Made by a program: the position numbers and the translations under genes. A stretch of 62,884 nucleotides of DNA, counting the filler, from Chiloscyllium plagiosum (Eukaryota), in NCBI RefSeq assembly GCF_004010195.1. It is 4 parts of one record of this genome, joined end to end, with 100 filler letters (N's around TTAATTAATTAA, not from the genome) between each part and the next. Parts side by side here need not be neighbours in the genome. Positions count along the whole stretch, not along the records: positions 44,516 to 61,361 come from NC_057715.1; positions 61,462 to 62,884 come from NC_057715.1; 2 more parts are not named here. One strand, written 5' to 3'. This document shows positions 54,356 through 62,884 of the stretch, one piece after another (within the stretch, counting starts at the first letter, position 1; each line of letters opens with the position of its first letter). The notes under the pieces are model-generated. The model saw only the letters and a program-made list of their open reading frames with translations, was not told the origin of the DNA and made no database searches.

Positions 54356-54976
54356 TGAATCTTAAACAGGCTCACCATGGGGACGAGAGTGTTGCAATCC
54401 TTGCAAAACAGCCCGTTGATGGGGTAATGGATTATTACCTCCTGGACAGATGTTCTGACATATACTGTTTCGATCATAACTCCTCCTATGAAGGCAGTTG
54501 TCTTGGCTGTCATATCACCAGTCTTGGTTTCAGTCTCTTTAGCCATATGGTCTGTGCCCTGTATTGAAATTTGATAACTCTTGCTGTCGAAGGTTTGGGT
54601 AGTCATGCTTATCCCGTCTAGAGGGTGGGCCACCCACACAGTTCCTTCTCTAACTTATCTATCTCATCTACTGGATGAGCCGGCTCCCTAACAGGGGTGG
54701 CCAGCTCAGCTGCATGTAGAGCAGGAGATATCATCTCAAGATCGCTGTCTCGGTTTGAATCGAGATGGATCTTGTTGCCGGTTTTGTTGAGCAGGCACAT
54801 TTACAACCTAATGACTTAACACAGCTCGCAGTTGTGGACAAGGCTGCGGGGAAGTTGTTTATCCGGGACACTTCCCAGCCGGATTGTTCCAGTGAAAATG
54901 GAAAACTCATGACTTTTGAAAGCCATACCGAGGTATCTGATCTGCGTGGACCATGGCCGACTCACACTTTTTCTCA

Positions 54977-55089
54977 GTCGTTTTGTCACTCAGCAGCCAA
55001 GGCTACTGAGCTTACCAGCGGTGCCAACGAGGTGGCATGACACCAACTATGTGCCAAAAATATGTCAAAACGTCATTGTTACTCCCGCC
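54977..55089 (-). ncRNA. HDV-like self-cleaving ribozyme of R2 (partly decayed)
   Basis: P1 GGCGGG/ACCGCU, P2 GUCAU/ACGAC, P3 GCC-ACCUCGUU-GGC, P1.1 GG, P4 GCUCAGUAGCC/GGCUGCUGAGU, J4/2 GACAAA with C at 54985. Confidence 0.85.
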
Positions 55090-55159
55090 TTAGGAAGAGC
55101 TGCTTTTACTTCCTGCAAAAAGAATGCCATCAGTCTGACATTGTACAAATACAACCAAG

Positions 55160-55280
55160 GGAGAAAGTGAGAACTGCAGATGCTGGAGATCAGAGTTGAG
55201 AGTGTGGGGTCAGGCAACAGCAGGTCAGGCAACACCCGAGGAGCAGGAGAATTGACATTTCAGACATACTCCCTTCATAA
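55160..55280 (-). mobile_element. Penelope family A pLTR
   Basis: Reverse-complement pLTR and tail; decayed hammerhead. Confidence 0.75.
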
Positions 55281-56344
55281 TAGTATGAATAGTTTGGGAA
55301 ACTTGGTTGGCATGGACGTGTTGGACCAAAGGGTTTGTTTCTGTGTTATGTGACTCTATGACTAATTCAGCAACAGCTATACACAGGCGTTGATCATCTT
55401 TATTTAAAGTGGTGTCATCCAGGTTGCACAATCCTGAAACTGGAACAGAAGCTATCCATAATAGAAAGCTTCTTTGTAAACTTTTATGTAACTGCATTTA
55501 TGTTTATTGTTTAGTCTTGTGAGCAAAAAAAATTTAGAAAATTCACATTTGATCTACTTACTTGAGTGCTGAGAAAGCAAATCCCTTGAGGCCATCTTTG
55601 CATCTGGAAAACAAATGTCACTTGATTCATACATGCAGTTAAAACTGCCATAAAGCATGTATATTCTGCTGTAATGTCTGGTGACTTATATTCTTTTACA
55701 TACTGTTTTCAGCAAAGAAACAACCATTCAGCCCAATAGATCCAGGTTCCATATGACGTCCCTCCAATCATTCTTTCTCAAGTCTCATCAACATAACTAT
55801 TCTGCTCCTTTTTCATTATTCTATTCATTGTTTGGGTAAAAAAAGTTCCCTTGCTAAAGTCCCTATAGGAATTATTAGTAAATATTCTATATTTGGGGTA
55901 AAGGGTAAAACAGAATGAAAAAAAGTTAAAATTTCTACCTTTGATCTCTATTTCTTTAAACTTCTGCTGGAAAGAACATATCAGAGAAAGGTGGCAACAA
56001 CAATGTCAAATCCAATACCGTATCTCAAGATGGATTACACGCAGACAACGTAAACTGGAGCCCACACCTGAATCTACTCTCCCCTAAGCCACATACTTCA
56101 AAGCTCCTAGGACTGAAGGAATCATACCTCAGCTGGATTCAATGTCTTCAGGTAAAGAACAGGAGAGAAAAGAAAAAATAGACGTTTCAGGGAAAAATGG
56201 GAAAGTAGTGTAAATACTAATATACAGAAATTTACCAGATCATACATTTCAATCTTCTGCAAATTCAGTTAGCAACTGCCTACAAGGTGAAAGGAATGGA
56301 GGTCACTGATTTTCTTGAGATAGAGCTGATGGCAAAATCAGACA

Positions 56345-59225
56345 AAGTTGTTATGGCACAGAAGGAGACCATTTGGCTCATTGCGCCTTACCAACTCTTC
56401 AGTCCAACATCATTAACCTGTGTTAATCTCCTGCATTTTTTCCATACATTTCAACACTATAATCATCCAATGTTCTCTTGAATGCCTAATTGAACCCGCC
56501 TCCACGACACTTTCAGGCAATGCATTCCATACTATATTAACTCTCAGTATGAAAATGTTTCTCACGATCACTTTTGCTTCATTTGCATATCACTTTAAAT
56601 ATATATGCTCTTGTTCCTCTTCTCTAACCATCCTGCTCACAATTTTAAAAACCGGTGTCAAATCTTGTCTCAGCCTTCTTCCTTCCAAGGAGAACAGTGC
56701 CAATTTCTTCTATCAATCCTCATAACGGAAGCTTCACATACCTGGAACTATTTCTGTAAATCACTTTTGCTCTCTCTCCAATGCATTCACATCATTCTAA
56801 TAATGTGGCACCACAACTGTAAACAAAGCTCCAACTGAGGCCTAACAAGTGTCTTGTACAAGTTCAACATCATCTTTTTGTAATCTATGCCCGTATTAAT
56901 AGATCTGAGGATATTGTATTCTTATTAACTGCACCTGCCATGCCACCTTCAATAATCTGTGCGACGTTTATACCCAAGGTCACTTTGCTGCTGCCCTCCC
57001 TCCAGAAAATACCCTCTATTATATTCAAACAAAGAAATGCAGATCAGAAACAGAAATAGAAATTGCTGGAGAAACTCAGCAGACCTGGCATCATCTATGG
57101 AGATAAAGCAGAGTTAACATTTTGAGTTTAGTGACCCTTCTTATTTTGTATTGTCTTTCAATGCTCTCCCTACTGAAGTGCAGTACATCATACTTCTCTG
57201 CATTGAGCCTGTCACCAGTTACCCACTCCAATAACTTGTCAATGCCCTTTCAGAGTTACATATTGTTCTCCCCACAGTTTAGAATTCTTCCAAGTTTCAG
57301 GTCATCTACAAAGTTGTCCCCTGCACACCAATATCCTGATTGTTAACATAGATCAGGAAAACCAAGGGTCCCAGTACTGACCCCTGGGGAACTCCACTAT
57401 TAAACTTCATTGATCATTACTTTCTGTTTCCTATCAATCAGCCAATTTGTATCCATATTGTCAATGTCTCTTTTGTACATGACAAATCTTCCTCACAAAT
57501 CTTGCTTGGCACTGTATCAAATGCTTTCTGAAAATCCATGTATACCACATCAACTGCAATACCCTATCAGGACTCTTACCTCTTCAAAGAATTCCAGCAA
57601 GTTAGTTAAACACAATTTGCCCTCTAAGAATCCATGCTGATGATTCCTAATCAATGTACCTTCTTCCATGTGACTACTAATTCTATCCCAAATAACTGTC
57701 TCTAGAAGCGTCCCACCACTGAAGTTAAAGTGACTGGTCAGTAATTGTTTGGATTCTCCTTACACGCTTTCCTAAACAAGGCTGTACTGTTCAAAATTCT
57801 CAAATCCTCCCAGAGTCCAGCGAAGACCAAAAGATCTTGGCCAGTAACCCCTGCAATTTCTACCCTCAGGCCCTTCAAAATACTTGGATGCATCTCACCC
57901 CGTCCTGGGGCCTCATCAGCTTTAAGTACCAACAGTAAATTGAAGACACTTACCTTCTTAATTGTGCACCCTTCTAATGACAGAGTTTCCTCTCTGTCAC
58001 CATGGCCTTGGCAGTATTCTCCATTTTTGTACAGACAGAAGCAAAGTATTAATTTAACATCTCAGCCATTCTCCCTGCCTTCAGACATAAATCCCTTTAT
58101 GGGCCTCTAATGAGCCTTACCCTTCCTTTAGCTACTCTTTTACTATTTATGTGACTTTGGAATTCCCCTTTATGTTAGTTGCTAGTTTTTTCCCATAATT
58201 CCTCTTTGCTTCTCTTATTTGCTTTTACACCTGCCTCTAAACCTTCATATTGTTCTTGGTTCTCAATCATAATTTGCCGCACAGCTGTCATATATTTTTT
58301 CTTCTTCTGCTAATCTCAATCTCCTTTTGTCATCCATGCAACTCCAGACTTTTTTTTGTCCAATCTTTTCCATTTGAGTTCTTGTTCCATCTCTGCCAAT
58401 TAAGTTTTCTTATTTTGGATTGTTGCATGTCATTCTCCAACATCATGTTGAACCTTATGATATAATTACTTGTGCCTCCCATAATTCCCTGGGACAATTG
58501 ATCCACTTGGCCCATGTCATTTCCAAGGACCAAGTCTAAAAGTGCGTTCTTTCTTGTTGGACTGGACAAACACTGATGTAGGAAACTCTCCTGAACACCT
58601 GGCCCTCGCCACCAGTATCCCCAGTCTATATGTGAGTAACTGAATTCCCTCAATATTCTATAATGTTGCCGTTTCTCTGTAATTTCTCTGCAGATTTGTT
58701 CCTCTTCATACTAGTTGGTGGTCTACAGATCACAGAGTAATGTAATTGTAACCTTTTTATTCTTTAGTTCTAGCCAAAATGGCTCTATCCTTCAACCCAG
58801 AGACATCTTCCTTCTCCAGCACTGCAAAAACCCTCTCTAATCAATACTGCTACCCTTTTCTTTTCCTCCCTTTTCACCTTGCACCTAGGAATATTTAATA
58901 CGCAATCTTCCTTGAGTCAGGTTTCTGTTATTGCCACATCATATTTTCACATTGCAATCTACACCTGTAACTCCCAACTTTATTCGCTATATTCCATACA
59001 TTTACAAATATGCATACTAACTCTGTTTTAGACCATTTCTCACATTTTACGCCAACTTCACATATTATTTTGCTATTCTCTATGTGAGTGCCAGCTAAAT
59101 TTTGCAAAACCTAGTAGTCTGGTCTACTGTTTTCTCTTGGTTCCCCAATTCCTGCCAAGTTAATTTGAAGCCCTCCCAACAGCACTAGCAAAACCACTTT
59201 GCAAGAAACTCAGTCCCAGTCATGA
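56345..59225 (-). mobile_element. Degenerate CR1 LINE (EN-RT) with a Penelope family B insert at about 57025-57140
   Basis: SPTRKNALLDLVLGN, APG..EMHP.ILK and NPNNY.PV motifs. Confidence 0.8.
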
Positions 59226-59334
59226 CAGGGGAGAATGTGTTGGAGAAACTTGGTGGTGAACTGAGAAACCTGATTTCAAGCTTTTACTTAATACTAAATT
59301 TACCTCTAAAATGCAACATTATTTTGTTAGGGGG

Positions 59335-59670
59335 AAATGATAGCAATATCACAGGCCTAACAGTTCTCTCATCTTGGAGGTATAGTTTCAAATCCCACCA
59401 CAATGGTTAATGACATTTAAATTCAATTAATAAATGGCAACAATAAAATTAGTCTTAGTAACAGTGATCATGACAACTGACATCAATTGTTGTAAAATTC
59501 CATCTGGCTCACAAATGCCTTTAAGGGATGGAAATCTGCCATCTCTAGCCAGTTTAGTGAAAACACCAGACCCATTGCAATGTATTTGTTTTTTAACTGC
59601 CCTGAAGAACAGACTAACTGCTCTGAAGAACAATAAAGATTGCTAGCAGCAACCACATCCCTACAAAGAA
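59335..59670 (+). mobile_element. tRNA-derived SINE (family of 17410-17705)
   Basis: Shared core aatgcctttaagggatggaaatctgcc. Confidence 0.65.
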
Positions 59671-60097
59671 TACAGTAAAAAAATTTACAATTACCTGCCT
59701 AAAAATGCTACATTTGCTGACACTGATGCAATGACTCACAAATGTGCATACTTCAGGGGGACACAGCCAGACTGGGGAAGAAAAGATTAGGGTTGAGGCA
59801 TGAGAGTGGTGTGTGGTGGGGAAATGAACAATCTGGACGGTGGGGAGAGAGAGAGAGGTAGACAAATGATCGGGACTTTGGGGAAGGGAGACATTGTTAC
59901 ATCGAGGGTGAAGAGATTGTGACATAGTAGATAGGGTGGTCAAGAGATTGGGACTGCAGTGAAGCGTTCAGGAGGACCTGGGATGGGAAGAGGGTGGGAT
60001 TTTTGAGATCTGGGAGAGAACTAGAGGGGTGGTTTTGGTGGGCCTTAAGAGGAGCCTAGAGGCCAGGAGGCTGTCTCCCCGTTTGTATCCCTTCTAC

Positions 60098-60235
60098 ATA
60101 GAACATAGAAAAATACAGCGCAGTACAGGCCCTTTGGCCCTCGATGTTGCGCCGATCCAAGCCCACCTAACCTACACTAGCCCACTATCCTGCATATACC
60201 TATCCAATGCCCGTTTAAATGCCCATAAAGAGGGA
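60098..60235 (-). mobile_element. CR1 3' terminus
   Basis: acatagaacatagaa tail and ggccctttggccc stem. Confidence 0.75.
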
Positions 60236-60552
60236 GAGAGTGAGGTCTGCAGATGCTGGAGATCAGAGCTGGAAATGTGTTGCTGGAAAAGCGCAGCAAG
60301 TCAGGCAGCATCCAGGGAACAGGAGAATCGACGTTTCGGGCATAAGCCTTTCTTCAGGAATGAGGAAAGTCTGTCCAGCAGGCTAAGATAAAAGGTAGGG
60401 AGGAGGGACTTGGGGGAGGGGCGTCGGAAATGTGATAGGTGGAAAGAGGTCAAGGTGAGGGTGATAGGTCAGACTGGGGTGGGGGCGGAGAGGGCGGGAA
60501 GAAGATTGCAGGTTAGGAAGGCGGTGCTGAATTCGATGGATTTGACTGAGAC
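60232..60552 (-). mobile_element. Penelope family A 3' region / pLTR with hammerhead core
   Basis: Reverse complement of 1-264; core at 60330-60357. Confidence 0.9.
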
Positions 60553-60764
60553 AAATGACTCAGTTATTAAATGACTTTGAGCTGTTGGAAAACAGCAGTG
60601 ACAATGGAGTGAATAACACCGCAGTCTCAAATCACGTTCTGTGGGCATCTGCTGTATTATTTAATGACACTGATCAAAGGCAGGGATTTGCAGAATTGTC
60701 ATGGGTTTTTATCTTTCAAAGTCAAACTTTCCAACGCCGCGGAAGACCTAAACATGGAGGAAAT

Positions 60765-60882
60765 TGTCCTTTATCTCAGTGGTAGCACACTTTCCCTGAG
60801 ACAGCGGTTAAGAGTTCAAGACCCACTTTAGTACCTGAGCACCTCACACATGTTGACATTTCTCGCTGCACTGTCAGGAGAT
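60765..60882 (+). mobile_element. Decayed tRNA-derived SINE head (possibly DeuSINE/SacSINE1-like)
   Basis: ctcagtggtagcac...gttcaagacccac...gctgcactgtc; family assignment from recall only. Confidence 0.4.
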
Positions 60883-60889
60883 GTAGAGG

Positions 60890-61085
60890 AGGCAGGGGCC
60901 TTGTGGTATTATCGCTGCAGTGTTAACCCTGAGACCCTGGTAATGTTCTGGAAACCCAGGTTTGAATTCTGCTATGGCAGATGGTCAAATTTGTATTTAA
61001 TTAAAAACAAAATCTAGGGTTAAGAGTCTAATGATGACCACGAAACTGTTGTTGATTTTCGGAGAAACTCATTTGGTTCTCCTTT
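60890..61085 (+). mobile_element. tRNA-derived SINE 5' part (family of 17410-17705)
   Basis: gtggtattatc...ggtttgaatt...atggcagatgg motif. Confidence 0.65.
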
Positions 61086-61086
61086 A

Positions 61087-61361
61087 GACAATAGACAATA
61101 GGTGCAGGAGTAGGCTATTTTGCCCTTCGAGCCTGCACCGCCATTCAATATGATCGTGGCTGATCATCCTTAATCAGTATCCTGTTCCTGCCTTATCTCC
61201 ATAACCCTTGATTCCACTATCCTTGAGAGCTCTATCCAACTCTTTCTTAAATGAATCCAGAGACTGGGCCTCCACTGCCCACTCGGGCAGAGCATTCCAC
61301 ACAGCCACCACTCTCTGAGTGAAGACGTTTCTCCTCATCTCTGACCTAAATGGTCTACCCC
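61087..61361 (-). mobile_element. Young CR1 3' end
   Basis: Nearly identical to 25143-25310; (tagacaa)n terminus. Confidence 0.9.
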
Positions 61362-61461
61362 NNNNNNNNNNNNNNNNNNNNNNNNNNNNNNNNNNNNNNN
61401 NNNNNTTAATTAATTAANNNNNNNNNNNNNNNNNNNNNNNNNNNNNNNNNNNNNNNNNNNN
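61362..61461. other. Assembly gap with TTAATTAATTAA spacer
   Basis: 44 N + spacer + 44 N. Confidence 0.95.
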
Positions 61462-62006
61462 CAGAGTATTGAGTACAGGAGTTGGGAGGTCATGTTGCGG
61501 GTGTACAGGACATTGGTTCGGCCACTGTTGGAATATTGTGTGCATTTCTGGTCTCCTTCGTATTGGAAAGATGCTGTGAAACTTGAAAGGGTTCAGAAAA
61601 GATTTACAAGGATGTTGCCAGGGTTGGAGGATCTGAGCTATAGGGAGAGGCTGAACAGGCTGGGGCTGTTTTCCCTGGAGCGTCGGAGGCTGAGGGGTGA
61701 CCTTATAGAGGTTTACAAAATTATGAGGGGCATGGATAGGGTAAATAGGCAAAACTTCTTCCTGGAGTGGGGGAGTCCAGAACTAGAGGGCATAGGTTTA
61801 GGGTGAGAGGAGAAAGATGTAAACGAGACCTACGGGGCAACTTTTCCACACAGAGGGTGGTATGTGTATGAAATGAGCTGCCAGAGGAAGTGGTGGAGGC
61901 TCGTACAATTGCAACATTTAAAAGGTATTTGGATGGGTATATGAATAGAAAGGGTTTGGAGGGATATGGGCCGGGTGCTGGCAGATGGGACTAGATTGGG
62001 TTGGGA
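61462..62006 (+). mobile_element. CR1 ORF2 C-terminus and 3' UTR
   Basis: ORF 61492-61806 encodes RPLLEYCVHFWSP...LRGDLIEVYKI. Confidence 0.92.
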
Positions 62007-62884
62007 TGGTGCAGGAGGGAGGGTTTTGGATTCTTGGATAATTGGGGCTCTTTCTGGGGTAGGTGCAACCTCTACAAGTATGATGGTCTTCATCTGAACC
62101 AGAGGGGTACCAATATCCTGGGGGGGAGATTCGCTAAGGCTATTGGAATGGGTTTAAACTAATCCAGCAGGTGGATGGGAACCAAAATTGTAGTTCGAGT
62201 ATAGAAAAGGTTGAGGGTAGGGAGGTCCGAAATCAAGTTTCAGGGACACAAGATGGCACCGGCAAGCAAGAAGTTGGTTGGAATGTGTCTACTTCAATGC
62301 CAAGAGCATCCGGAATAAGGTGGATGAACTTGCAGCATGGGTTGGTACCTGGGACTTTGATGTTGTGGCCATTTCAGAGACATGGATAGAACAGGGACAG
62401 GAATGGTTGTTGCAGGTTCCAGGATTTAGACTGTTTCAGTAAGAACAGAGAAGATGGTAAAAGAGGGGGAGGTGTGGCACTGTTGGTCAAGGACAGTATT
62501 ATAGTTGTAGAAAGGATGTTTAGGGACTCGTCAACTGAGGTAGTATGGGCTAAGGTTAGAAACAGGAAAGGAGAGGGCACCCTGTTGGGAGTTTTCTATA
62601 GGCCTCCGATTAGTTCCAGAGATGTAGAGAAAAGGATAGCAAAGATGATTCTCGATAGGAGTGAGAGAGACAGGGTAGTTGTCATGGGGGACTTCAACTT
62701 TCCAAATATTGACTGGGAACACTATAGTACGAGTACTATAGATGGGTCAGTTTTTGTCCAGTGTGTGAAGGAGGGCTTCCTGACACAGTATGTAGACAGG
62801 CCAACAAGGGGCGAAGCCACATTAGATTTGGTACTGGGTAATGAGCCCGGCCAGGTGTTAGACTTGGAAGTAGGTGAGCACTTT
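62007..62884 (+). mobile_element. CR1 ORF1 esterase end plus endonuclease domain
   Basis: DGLHLNQRG, YFNAKSIRNK, AISETW, RGGGVALLVK, VFYRPP, MGDFN and ATLDLVL motifs. Confidence 0.9.

Larger units (their letters stand above)
49961..54800 (-). pseudogene. R2 ORF, disrupted by stops, frameshifts and nested insertions
   Basis: Track ORFs 49961-50146, 50999-51214, 51320-51514, 52854-53045, 52957-53211 and 54295-54639 are fragments of it; the 5' boundary is approximate. Confidence 0.88.
49716..55089 (-). mobile_element. Full-length degenerate R2 non-LTR retrotransposon (R2-A type), outside rDNA
   Basis: CCHH/CCHC/CCHH zinc fingers, Myb (.SQEEMALL...NK.I...KTPKHILDK), RT (NWRPITIG, QKGF, FVDLAKVFNSV.H, GNPLSP, AIADD), CCHC knuckle, RLE (WKPDL, VVDVT, GARG); 5' ribozyme; 3' AAAA followed by TAGC. 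Confidence 0.93.

Noticed and set aside
55072..55089. 28S rRNA gene
   Set aside because: Only 18 nt match and no flanking rDNA; interpreted as the R2 leader.

Overview
Eukaryotic, AT-rich, retrotransposon-dense DNA, most likely from a cartilaginous fish (shark). This is inferred from V-domain HE1-like SINEs with CR1-type tails, abundant CR1 LINEs and Penelope-like elements. Most of the window is degenerate CR1, RTE, Gypsy, Penelope and SINE sequence, probably intronic to a minus-strand host gene; one convincing 165-nt exon lies at 48432-48596. The standout feature is a full-length but decayed R2-A-type retrotransposon on the minus strand (49716-55089) lying outside rDNA. It retains three zinc fingers, Myb, RT, CCHC and RLE motifs. 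Its 5' end is a recognisable HDV-like ribozyme that begins with an 18-nt 28S rRNA-derived leader, and its junctions rebuild the 28S target core TAAGG|TAGC. Three Penelope pLTR families carry minimal hammerhead ribozyme cores, several as small fold-back insertions with 10-15 bp TSDs. Boundaries of degenerate repeats are approximate and all calls were made by eye, without database searches.
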